Source: Eledone cirrhosa (lineage: Eukaryota). From it: a stretch of 64,000 bases of DNA. Shown here in pieces: positions 12,421-25,173 of the stretch. Under the pieces are notes generated by a model. That model had not been told where the DNA came from and ran no database searches. It saw only the letters and a list, made by a program, of their open reading frames with translations. The stretch covers positions 163,432,001 through 163,496,000 of the forward strand of contig OZ024742.1 of NCBI GenBank assembly GCA_964016885.1, written 5' to 3'. Numbering within the stretch: position 1 is the stretch's first letter; every line of letters begins with the position of its first letter. Position numbers and translations under genes: made by a program.

Positions 12421-15400
12421 CCTGATTTTTTACAAATTATCTCCCCCTGATTTTTTTACAAATTATCTTCCCTTGGCTGGCGGGAAATTATCTCCCCTTG
12501 GACGGCTGGAAATTATCTCCCCTTGCACGGCTGGAAATTATCTCCCCTTGGTCGGCTAGAAATTACCTCTCCTTGGACGGCTGAAAATTATCTCCCCTTG
12601 GACGGCTGGAAATTATCTCCCCTTGGAAGGCTGGAAATTATCTCCCCTTGGACGGCTGGAAATTATCTCCCCTTGCACGGCTGGAAATTATCTCCCCTTG
12701 GACAGCTGGAAATTATCTGCCCTTGATTTTGTTTTTACAAATTATCTCCCCTGATTTTTTTTACAAATTATCTCCACCTGATTTTTTAAAAAATTATCTC
12801 CCCTTGGACGGCTGGAAATTATCTCCCCTTGGACGGCTAGAAATTATCTCTCTTTGGACGGCTGGAAATTATCTCCCTTTGATTTTTTTTACAAATTATC
12901 TCCCTCTGATTTTTTTTACAAATTGCCCCCTGATTTTTTAAAAAAAATTATCTCCCCTTCGCTGGCTGGAAATTATCTCCCCTTGGACACTGGAAATTAT
13001 AGCCCCTTGGAGGGCTGGAAATTATCTTCCCTTGGACGGCTGGAAATTATCTCCCCTTGATTTTTTTTACAAATTATCTCCCCCTGATTTTTTTTACAAA
13101 TTATCTCCCCCTGATTTTTTTTTACAAATTATCTCCGCCTGATTTTTTTTTTAAATTATCTCTCCTTGGACGGCTGGAAATTATCTCCCCTTGATTTTTT
13201 TTACAAATCATCTCCCCCTGATTTTTTTTTACAAATTATCTCCCCCTGATTTTTTTTTACAAATTATCTACCCCTGATTTTTTTTTACAAATTATCTCCC
13301 CCTGATTTTTTTTACAAATTATCTCCCCCTGATTTTTTTTACAAATTATCTCCCCCTGATTTTTTTACAAATTATCTCCCCCTGATTTTTTTTACAAATT
13401 ATCTCCGCCTAATTTTTTTAAATATTATCTCCCCTTGGACGGCTGAAAATTATCTCCCCTTGGACGGCTGGAAATTATCTCCCCTTGATTTTTTTACAAA
13501 TTATCTCCCCCTGATTATTTTTTACAAATTATCTCCCCCTGATTTTTTTTACAAATCATCTCCCCCTGATTTTTTTTTACAAATTATCTCCCCCTGATAT
13601 TTTTTACAAATTATCTCCCCCTGATTTTTTTACAAATTATCTCCCCTTGGCTGGCTGGAAATTATCTCCCCTTGGAGGCTGGAATTTATCTCCCCTTGGA
13701 CGGCTAGAAATTACCTCGCCTTGGACGGCTGGAAAATGTCTCCTTGGACGGCTGGAAATTATCTCCCCTTGGACGGCTGGAAATTATCTCCCCTTGGACA
13801 GCTAGATATTACCTACCCTTGGACGGCTGGAAATTATCTCCCCTTGATTTTTTTTACAAATTATCTCCCCCTGATTTTTTTTTACAAATTATCTCCCCCT
13901 GATTTTTTTTACGAATTATCTCCCCCTGATTTTTTTTTACAAATTATCTCCGCCTGATTTTTTTTTTAAAATTATCTCCCCTTGGACGGCTGGAAATTAT
14001 CTCCCCTTGGACGGCTGGAAATTATCTCCCCTTGGACGGCTAGAAATTACCTCTCCTTGGACGGCTGAAAATTATCTCCCCATGGACGGCTGCAAATTAT
14101 CTCCCCTTGATTTTTTTAACAAATTATCTCCCCCTGATTTTTTTTTACAAATTATCTCCCCCTGATTTTTTTTTACAAATTATCTCCCCCTGATTTTTTT
14201 TTACAAATTATCTCCCCCTGATTTTTTTTACAATCTCCGCCTGATTTTTTTAAAAATTATCTTTCCTTGGCTGGCGGGAAATTATCTCCCCTTGGACGGC
14301 TGGAAATTATATCGCCTTGGAAGGATGGAAATTATCTCCCCTTGGACGGCTGGAAATTATCTCCCCTTGGACGGCTGGAAATTATCTGCCCTTGATTTTG
14401 TTTTTACAAATTATCTCCCCCTGATTTTTTTTACAAATTATCTCCACCTGATTTTTTTAAAAATCATCTCCCCTTGGACGGCTGGAAATTATCTCCCGTT
14501 GATTTTTTTTACAAATTATCTCCCCCTGATTTTTTTTTACAAATTATCTCCCCCTGATTTTTTTTTACAAATTATCTTCGCCTGATTTTTTAAAAAAATT
14601 ATCTCTCCTTGGACGGCTGGATATTATCTCCCCTTTCATTTTTTTTACAAATTATCTCCCCCTGATATTTTTTTACAAATTATCTCCCCCTGATTTTTTT
14701 TTACAAATTATCTACCCCTGATTTTTTTTTACAAATTATCTCCCCTGATTTTTTTTACAAATTATCTCCCCCTGATTTTTTTACAAATTATCTCCCCCTG
14801 ATTTTTTTTACAAATTATCTCAGCCTGATTTTTTTAAATATTATCTTCCCTTGGCTGGCGGGAAATTATCTCCCCTTGGACGGCTGAAAATTATCTCCCC
14901 TTGGACGGCTGGAAATTATCTCCCCTTGATTTTTTTTACAAATTATCTCCCCCTGATTTTTTTTTACAAATTATCTCCCCCTGATTTTTTTTTACAAATT
15001 ATCTCCCCCTGATTTTTTTTTACAAATTATCTCCCCCTGATTTTTTTTACAAATTATCTCCCCATGATTTTTTTACAAATTATCTCCCCTTGGCTGGCTG
15101 GAAATTATCTCCCCTTGGAGGCTGGAATTTATCTCCCCTTAGACGGCTAGAAATTACCTCTCCTTGGACGGCTGGAAAATATGTCTCCTTGGACGGCTGG
15201 ATATTATCTACCCTTGGACGGCTGGAAATTATCTCCCCTTGGACGGCTGGAAATTATCTCCCCTTGGACGGCTAGATATTACCTCCCCTTGGACGGCTGG
15301 AAATTATCTCCCCTTGATTTTTTTTACAAATTATCTCCCCCTGATTTTTTTTACAAATTATCTCCCCCTGATTTTTTTACAAATTATCTCTCCCTGATTT

Positions 15401-18400
15401 TTTTTACAAATTATCTCCGCCTAATTTTTTTAAATATTATCTTCCCTTGGCTGGCGGGAAATTATCTCCCCTTGGACGGCTGAAAATTATCTCCCCTTGG
15501 ACGGCTGGAAATTATCTCCCCTTGATTTTTTTTACAAATTATCTCCCCCTGATTATTTTTTACAAATTATCTCTCCCTGATTTTTTTTTACAAATTATCT
15601 CCCCCTGATTTTTTTTACAAATTATCTCCCCCTGATCTTTTTACAAATTATCTCCCCTTGGCTGGCTGGAAATTATCTCCCCTTGGAGGCTGGAATTTAT
15701 CTCCCCTTGGACGGCTAGAAATTACCTCTCCTTGGACGGCTGGAAAATATGTCTCCTTGGACGGCTGGAAATTATCTCCCCTTGGACGGCTGGAAATTAT
15801 CTCCCCTTGGACGGCTGGAAATTATCTCCCCTTGATTTTTGTTACAAATTATCTCACCCTGATTTTTTTTTACAAATTATCTCCCCCTGATTTTTTTTTA
15901 CAAATTATCTCCCCCTGATATTTTTTACAAATTATCTCCCCCTGATTTTTTTACAAATTATCTCCCCTTGGCTGGCTGGAAATTATCTCCCCTTGGAGGC
16001 TGGAATTTATCTCCCCTTGGACGGCTAGAAATTACCTCTCCTTGGACGGCTAGAAAATATGTCTCCTTGGACGGCTGGAAATTATCTCCCCTTGGACGGC
16101 TGGAAATTATCTCCTCTTGGACGGCTGGAAATTATCTCCCCTTGGGCGGCTAGATATTACCTCCCCTTGGACGGCTGGAAATTATCTCCCCTTGATTTTT
16201 TTTACAAATTATCTCCCCCTGATTTTTTTTACAAATTATCTCCCTGATTTTTTACAAATTATCTCCCCCTGATTTTTTTACAAATTATCTTCCCTTGGCT
16301 GGCGGGAAATTACCTCCCCTTGGACGGCTGGAAATTATCTCCCCTTGCACGGCTGGAAATTATCTCCCCTTGGTCGGCTAGAAATTACCTCTCCTTGGAC
16401 GGCTGAAAATTATCTCCCCTTGGACGGCTGGAAATTATCTCCCCTTGGAAGGCTGGAAATTATCTCCCCTTGGACGGCTGGAAATTATCTCCCCTTGCAC
16501 GGCTGGAAATTATCTCCCCTTGGACAGCTGGAAATTATCTGCCCTTGATTTTGTTTTTACAAATTATCTCCCCTGATTTTTTTTACAAATTATCTCCACC
16601 TGATTTTTTAAAAAATTATCTCCCCTTGGACGGCTGGAAATTATCTCCCCTTGGACGGCTAGAAATTATCTCTCTTTGGACGGCTGGAAATTATCTCCCT
16701 TTGATTTTTTTTACAAATTATCTCCCTCTGATTTTTTTTACAAATTGCCCCCTGATTTTTTAAAAAAAATTATCTCCCCTTCGCTGGCTGGAAATTATCT
16801 CCCCTTGGACACTGGAAATTATAGCCCCTTGGAGGGCTGGAAATTATCTTCCCTTGGACGGCTGGAAATTATCTCCCCTTGATTTTTTTTACAAATTATC
16901 TCCCCCTGATTTTTTTTACAAATTATCTCCCCCTGATTTTTTTTTACAAATTATCTCCGCCTGATTTTTTTTTTAAATTATCTCTCCTTGGACGGCTGGA
17001 AATTATCTCCCCTTGATTTTTTTTACAAATCATCTCCCCCTGATTTTTTTTACAAATTATCTCCCCCTGATTTTTTTTTACAAATTATCTACCCCTGATT
17101 TTTTTTTACAAATTATCTCCCCCTGATTTTTTTTACAAATTATCTCCCCCTGATTTTTTTTACAAATTATCTCCCCCTGATTTTTTTACAAATTATCTCC
17201 CCCTGATTTTTTTTACAAATTATCTCCGCCTAATTTTTTTAAATATTATCTCCCCTTGGACGGCTGAAAATTATCTCCCCTTGGACGGCTGGAAATTATC
17301 TCCCCTTGATTTTTTTACAAATTATCTCCCCCTGATTATTTTTTACAAATTATCTCCCCCTGATTTTTTTTACAAATCATCTCCCCCTGATTTTTTTTTA
17401 CAAATTATCTCCCCCTGATATTTTTTACAAATTATCTCCCCCTGATTTTTTTACAAATTATCTCCCCTTGGCTGGCTGGAAATTATCTCCCCTTGGAGGC
17501 TGGAATTTATCTCCCCTTGGACGGCTAGAAATTACCTCGCCTTGGACGGCTGGAAAATGTCTCCTTGGACGGCTGGAAATTATCTCCCCTTGGACGGCTG
17601 GAAATTATCTCCCCTTGGACGGCTAGATATTACCTCCCCTTGGACGGCTGGAAATTATCTCCCCTTGATTTTTTTTACAAATTATCTCCCCCTGATTTTT
17701 TTTTACAAATTATCTCCCCCTGATTTTTTTTACGAATTATCTCCCCCTGATTTTTTTTTACAAATTATCTCCGCCTGATTTTTTTTTTAAAATTATCTCC
17801 CCTTGGACGGCTGGAAATTATCTCCCCTTGGACGGCTGGAAATTATCTCCCCTTGGACGGCTAGAAATTACCTCTCCTTGGACGGCTGAAAATTATCTCC
17901 CCATGGACGGCTGCAAATTATCTCCCCTTGATTTTTTTAACAAATTATCTCCCCCTGATTTTTTTTTACAAATTATCTCCCCCTGATTTTTTTTTACAAA
18001 TTATCTCCCCCTGATTTTTTTTTACAAATTATCTCCCCCTGATTTTTTTTACAATCTCCGCCTGATTTTTTTAAAAATTATCTTTCCTTGGCTGGCGGGA
18101 AATTATCTCCCCTTGGACGGCTGGAAATTATATCGCCTTGGAAGGATGGAAATTATCTCCCCTTGGACGGCTGGAAATTATCTCCCCTTGGACGGCTGGA
18201 AATTATCTGCCCTTGATTTTGTTTTTACAAATTATCTCCCCCTGATTTTTTTTACAAATTATCTCCACCTGATTTTTTTAAAAATCATCTCCCCTTGGAC
18301 GGCTGGAAATTATCTCCCCTTGATTTTTTTTACAAATTATCTCCCCCTGATTTTTTTTTACAAATTATCTCCCCCTGATTTTTTTTTACAAATTATCTTC

Positions 18401-19725
18401 GCCTGATTTTTTAAAAAAATTATCTCTCCTTGGACGGCTGGATATTATCTCCCCTTTCATTTTTTTTACAAATTATCTCCCCCTGATATTTTTTTACAAA
18501 TTATCTCCCCCTGATTTTTTTTTACAAATTATCTACCCCTGATTTTTTTTTACAAATTATCTCCCCTGATTTTTTTTACAAATTATCTCCCCCTGATTTT
18601 TTTACAAATTATCTCCCCCTGATTTTTTTTACAAATTATCTCCGCCTGATTTTTTTAAATATTATCTTCCCTTGGCTGGCGGGAAATTATCTCCCCTTGG
18701 ACGGCTGAAAATTATCTCCCCTTGGACGGCTGGAAATTATCTCCCCTTGATTTTTTTTACAAATTATCTCCCCCTGATTTTTTTTTACAAATTATCTCCC
18801 CCTGATTTTTTTTTACAAATTATCTCCCCCTGATTTTTTTTACAAATTATCTCCCCATGATTTTTTTACAAATTATCTCCCCTTGGCTGGCTGGAAATTA
18901 TCTCCCCTTGGAGGCTGGAATTTATCTCCCCTTAGACGGCTAGAAATTACCTCTCCTTGGACGGCTGGAAAATATGTCTCCTTGGACGGCTGGATATTAT
19001 CTACCCTTGGACGGCTGGAAATTATCTCCCCTTGGACGGCTGGAAATTATCTCCCCTTGGACGGCTAGATATTACCTCCCCTTGGACGGCTGGAAATTAT
19101 CTCCCCTTGATTTTTTTTACAAATTATCTCCCCCTGATTTTTTTTACAAATTATCTCCCCCTGATTTTTTTACAAATTATCTCTCCCTGATTTTTTTTAC
19201 AAATTATCTCCGCCTAATTTTTTTAAATATTATCTTCCCTTGGCTGGCGGGAAATTATCTCCCCTTGGACGGCTGAAAATTATCTCCCCTTGGACGGCTG
19301 GAAATTATCTCCCCTTGATTTTTTTTACAAATTATCTCCCCCTGATTTTTTTTTACAAATTATCTCCCCCTGATTTTTTTTTACAAATTATCTCCCCCTG
19401 ATATTTTTTACAAATTATCTCCCCCTGCTTTTTTTACAAATTATCTCCCCTTGGCTGGCTGGAAATTATCTCCCCTTGGAGGCTGGAATTTATCTCCCCT
19501 TGGACGGCTAGAAATTACCTCTCCTTGGACGGCTAGAAAATATGTCTCCTTGGACGGCTGGAAATTATCTCCCCTTGGACGGCTGGAAATTATCTCCTCT
19601 TGGACGGCTGGAAATTATCTCCCCTTGGGCGGCTAGATATTACCTCCCCTTGGACGGCTGGAAATTATCTCCCCTTGATTTTTTTTACAAATTATCTCCC
19701 CCTGATTTTTTTTACAAATTATCTC
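12421..19725 (+). repeat. Tandem duplication, 3,822-bp unit (12421-16242) plus a shortened second copy (16243-~19725)
   Basis: Offsets 12523/16345 and 12648/16470 = 3822; 13721/17542 and 14292/18113 = 3821; 15090/18883 = 3793; 15968/19451 = 3483. The rare GGTCGG variant is in both copies. Confidence 0.9.
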
Positions 19726-22700
19726 CCCCTGATTTTTTTTTACGAATTATCTCCGCCTGATTTTTTTTTAAAATGATCTCCCCTTGGACGGCTGGAAATT
19801 ATCTCCCCTTGGACGGCTGGAAATTACCTCTCCTTGGACGGCTGAAAATTATCTCCCCTTGGACGGCTGCAAATTATCTCCCCTTGATTTTTTTAACAAA
19901 TTATCTCCCCCTGATTTTTTTTACAAATTATCTCCCCCTGATTTTTTTTACAAATTATCTACGCCTAATTTTTTTTACAAATTATCTCCCCCTGATTTTT
20001 TTTTACAAATTATCTCCCCCTGATTTTTTTTTACAAATTATCTCCCCCTGATTTTTTTTTACAAATTATCTCCCCCCTGATTTTTTTTACAATCTCCGCC
20101 TGATTTTTTAAAAAATTATCTTCCCTTGGCTGGCGGGAAATTATCTCCCCTTGGACGGCTGGAAATTATATCCCCTTGGAAGGATGGAAATTATCTCCCC
20201 TTGGACGGCTGGAAATTATCTCCCCTTGGACGGCTGGAAATTATCTCCCCTTGGACAGCTGGAAATTATCTGCCCTTGATTTTGTTTTTACAAATTATCT
20301 CCCCCTGATTTTTTTTTACAAATTATCTCCCCCTGATTTTTTTTTTACAAATTATCTCCCCCTGATTTTTTTACAAATTATCTCCCCCTGATTTTTTTTA
20401 CAAATTATCTCCGCCTGATTTTTTTAAATATTATCTTCCCTTGGCTGGCGGGAAATTATCTCCCCTTGGACGGCTGAAAATTATCTCCCCTTGGACGGCT
20501 GGAAATTATCTCCCCCTGATTTTTTTTTACAAATTATCTCCCCCTGATTTTTTTTTACAAATTATCTCCCCCTGATATTTTTTACAAATTATCTCCCCCT
20601 GATTTTTTTACAAATTATCTCCCCTTGGCTGGCTGGAAATTATCTCCCCTTGGAGGCTGGAATTTATCTCCCCTTGGACGGCTAGAAATTACCTCTCCTT
20701 GGACGGCTAGAAAATATGTCTCCTTGGACGGCTGGAAATTATCTCCCCTTGGACGGCTGGAAATTATCTCCTCTTGGACGGCTGGAAATTATCTCCCCTT
20801 GGGCGGCTAGATATTACCTCCCCTTGGACGGCTGGAAATTATCTCCCCTTGATTTTTTTTACAAATTATCTCCCCCTGATTTTTTTTACAAATTATCTCC
20901 CTGATTTTTTACAAATTATCTCCCCCTGATTTTTTTACAAATTATCTTCCCTTGGCTGGCGGGAAATTACCTCCCCTTGGACGGCTGGAAATTATCTCCC
21001 CTTGCACGGCTGGAAATTATCTCCCCTTGGTCGGCTAGAAATTACCTCTCCTTGGACGGCTGAAAATTATCTCCCCTTGGACGGCTGGAAATTATCTCCC
21101 CTTGGAAGGCTGGAAATTATCTCCCCTTGGACGGCTGGAAATTATCTCCCCTTGCACGGCTGGAAATTATCTCCCCTTGGACAGCTGGAAATTATCTGCC
21201 CTTGATTTTGTTTTTACAAATTATCTCCCCTGATTTTTTTTACAAATTATCTCCACCTGATTTTTTAAAAAATTATCTCCCCTTGGACGGCTGGAAATTA
21301 TCTCCCCTTGGACGGCTAGAAATTATCTCTCTTTGGACGGCTGGAAATTATCTCCCTTTGATTTTTTTTACAAATTATCTCCCTCTGATTTTTTTTACAA
21401 ATTGCCCCCTGATTTTTTAAAAAAAATTATCTCCCCTTCGCTGGCTGGAAATTATCTCCCCTTGGACACTGGAAATTATAGCCCCTTGGAGGGCTGGAAA
21501 TTATCTTCCCTTGGACGGCTGGAAATTATCTCCCCTTGATTTTTTTTACAAATTATCTCCCCCTGATTTTTTTTACAAATTATCTCCCCCTGATTTTTTT
21601 TTACAAATTATCTCCGCCTGATTTTTTTTTTAAATTATCTCTCCTTGGACGGCTGGAAATTATCTCCCCTTGATTTTTTTTACAAATCATCTCCCCCTGA
21701 TTTTTTTTACAAATTATCTCCCCCTGATTTTTTTTTACAAATTATCTACCCCTGATTTTTTTTTACAAATTATCTCCCCCTGATTTTTTTTACAAATTAT
21801 CTCCCCCTGATTTTTTTTACAAATTATCTCCCCCTGATTTTTTTACAAATTATCTCCCCCTGATTTTTTTTACAAATTATCTCCGCCTAATTTTTTTAAA
21901 TATTATCTCCCCTTGGACGGCTGAAAATTATCTCCCCTTGGACGGCTGGAAATTATCTCCCCTTGATTTTTTTACAAATTATCTCCCCCTGATTATTTTT
22001 TACAAATTATCTCCCCCTGATTTTTTTTACAAATCATCTCCCCCTGATTTTTTTTTACAAATTATCTCCCCCTGATATTTTTTACAAATTATCTCCCCCT
22101 GATTTTTTTACAAATTATCTCCCCTTGGCTGGCTGGAAATTATCTCCCCTTGGAGGCTGGAATTTATCTCCCCTTGGACGGCTAGAAATTACCTCGCCTT
22201 GGACGGCTGGAAAATGTCTCCTTGGACGGCTGGAAATTATCTCCCCTTGGACGGCTGGAAATTATCTCCCCTTGGACGGCTAGATATTACCTCCCCTTGG
22301 ACGGCTGGAAATTATCTCCCCTTGATTTTTTTTACAAATTATCTCCCCCTGATTTTTTTTTACAAATTATCTCCCCCTGATTTTTTTTACGAATTATCTC
22401 CCCCTGATTTTTTTTTACAAATTATCTCCGCCTGATTTTTTTTTTAAAATTATCTCCCCTTGGACGGCTGGAAATTATCTCCCCTTGGACGGCTGGAAAT
22501 TATCTCCCCTTGGACGGCTAGAAATTACCTCTCCTTGGACGGCTGAAAATTATCTCCCCATGGACGGCTGCAAATTATCTCCCCTTGATTTTTTTAACAA
22601 ATTATCTCCCCCTGATTTTTTTTTACAAATTATCTCCCCCTGATTTTTTTTTACAAATTATCTCCCCCTGATTTTTTTTTACAAATTATCTCCCCCTGAT

Positions 22701-25173
22701 TTTTTTTACAATCTCCGCCTGATTTTTTTAAAAATTATCTTTCCTTGGCTGGCGGGAAATTATCTCCCCTTGGACGGCTGGAAATTATATCGCCTTGGAA
22801 GGATGGAAATTATCTCCCCTTGGACGGCTGGAAATTATCTCCCCTTGGACGGCTGGAAATTATCTGCCCTTGATTTTGTTTTTACAAATTATCTCCCCCT
22901 GATTTTTTTTACAAATTATCTCCACCTGATTTTTTTAAAAATCATCTCCCCTTGGACGGCTGGAAATTATCTCCCCTTGATTTTTTTTACAAATTATCTC
23001 CCCCTGATTTTTTTTTACAAATTATCTCCCCCTGATTTTTTTTTACAAATTATCTTCGCCTGATTTTTTAAAAAAATTATCTCTCCTTGGACGGCTGGAT
23101 ATTATCTCCCCTTTCATTTTTTTTACAAATTATCTCCCCCTGATATTTTTTTACAAATTATCTCCCCCTGATTTTTTTTTACAAATTATCTACCCCTGAT
23201 TTTTTTTTACAAATTATCTCCCCTGATTTTTTTTACAAATTATCTCCCCCTGATTTTTTTACAAATTATCTCCCCCTGATTTTTTTTACAAATTATCTCC
23301 GCCTGATTTTTTTAAATATTATCTTCCCTTGGCTGGCGGGAAATTATCTCCCCTTGGACGGCTGAAAATTATCTCCCCTTGGACGGCTGGAAATTATCTC
23401 CCCTTGATTTTTTTTACAAATTATCTCCCCCTGATTTTTTTTTACAAATTATCTCCCCCTGATTTTTTTTTACAAATTATCTCCCCCTGATTTTTTTTAC
23501 AAATTATCTCCCCATGATTTTTTTACAAATTATCTCCCCTTGGCTGGCTGGAAATTATCTCCCCTTGGAGGCTGGAATTTATCTCCCCTTAGACGGCTAG
23601 AAATTACCTCTCCTTGGACGGCTGGAAAATATGTCTCCTTGGACGGCTGGATATTATCTACCCTTGGACGGCTGGAAATTATCTCCCCTTGGACGGCTGG
23701 AAATTATCTCCCCTTGGACGGCTAGATATTACCTCCCCTTGGACGGCTGGAAATTATCTCCCCTTGATTTTTTTTACAAATTATCTCCCCCTGATTTTTT
23801 TTACAAATTATCTCCCCCTGATTTTTTTACAAATTATCTCTCCCTGATTTTTTTTACAAATTATCTCCGCCTAATTTTTTTAAATATTATCTTCCCTTGG
23901 CTGGCGGGAAATTATCTCCCCTTGGACGGCTGAAAATTATCTCCCCTTGGACGGCTGGAAATTATCTCCCCTTGATTTTTTTTACAAATTATCTCCCCCT
24001 GATTTTTTTTTACAAATTATCTCCCCCTGATTTTTTTTTACAAATTATCTCCCCCTGATATTTTTTACAAATTATCTCCCCCTGCTTTTTTTACAAATTA
24101 TCTCCCCTTGGCTGGCTGGAAATTATCTCCCCTTGGAGGCTGGAATTTATCTCCCCTTGGACGGCTAGAAATTACCTCTCCTTGGACGGCTAGAAAATAT
24201 GTCTCCTTGGACGGCTGGAAATTATCTCCCCTTGGACGGCTGGAAATTATCTCCTCTTGGACGGCTGGAAATTATCTCCCCTTGGGCGGCTAGATATTAC
24301 CTCCCCTTGGACGGCTGGAAATTATCTCCCCTTGATTTTTTTTACAAATTATCTCCCCCTGATTTTTTTTACAAATTATCTCCCCCTGATTTTTTTTTAC
24401 GAATTATCTCCGCCTGATTTTTTTTTAAAATGATCTCCCCTTGGACGGCTGGAAATTATCTCCCCTTGGACGGCTGGAAATTACCTCTCCTTGGACGGCT
24501 GAAAATTATCTCCCCTTGGACGGCTGCAAATTATCTCCCCTTGATTTTTTTAACAAATTATCTCCCCCTGATTTTTTTTACAAATTATCTCCCCCTGATT
24601 TTTTTTACAAATTATCTACGCCTAATTTTTTTTACAAATTATCTCCCCCTGATTTTTTTTTACAAATTATCTCCCCCTGATTTTTTTTTACAAATTATCT
24701 CCCCCTGATTTTTTTTTACAAATTATCTCCCCCCTGATTTTTTTTACAATCTCCGCCTGATTTTTTAAAAAATTATCTTCCCTTGGCTGGCGGGAAATTA
24801 TCTCCCCTTGGACGGCTGGAAATTATATCCCCTTGGAAGGATGGAAATTATCTCCCCTTGGACGGCTGGAAATTATCTCCCCTTGGACGGCTGGAAATTA
24901 TCTCCCCTTGGACAGCTGGAAATTATCTGCCCTTGATTTTGTTTTTACAAATTATCTCCCCCTGATTTTTTTTTACAAATTATCTCCCCCTGATTTTTTT
25001 TTTACAAATTATCTCCCCCTGATTTTTTTACAAATTATCTCCCCCTGATTTTTTTTACAAATTATCTCCGCCTGATTTTTTTAAATATTATCTTCCCTTG
25101 GCTGGCGGGAAATTATCTCCCCTTGGACGGCTGAAAATTATCTCCCCTTGGACGGCTGGAAATTATCTCCCCC
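15860..25173 (+). repeat. Near-perfect tandem duplication, 4,657-bp unit x2 (15860-20516, 20517-25173)
   Basis: Constant offset 4657 for 15968/20625, 16345/21002, 17542/22199, 18113/22770, 18883/23540, 19451/24108, 20126/24783. Confidence 0.93.

Larger units (their letters stand above)
1..20516 (+). repeat. Long higher-order repeat, copy 1 (partner 35555-56115)
   Basis: Rare variant TTCGACGG at 22 and 35576 (offset 35554). Matching ORF-track entries at 938/36492, 1683/37237, 3167/38721, 3543/39097, 4261/39815, 4821/40375, then 6588/45471, 9736/48647, 12523/51580, 15968/55024, 20126/55724, with stepwise offset changes at indels. Confidence 0.92.
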
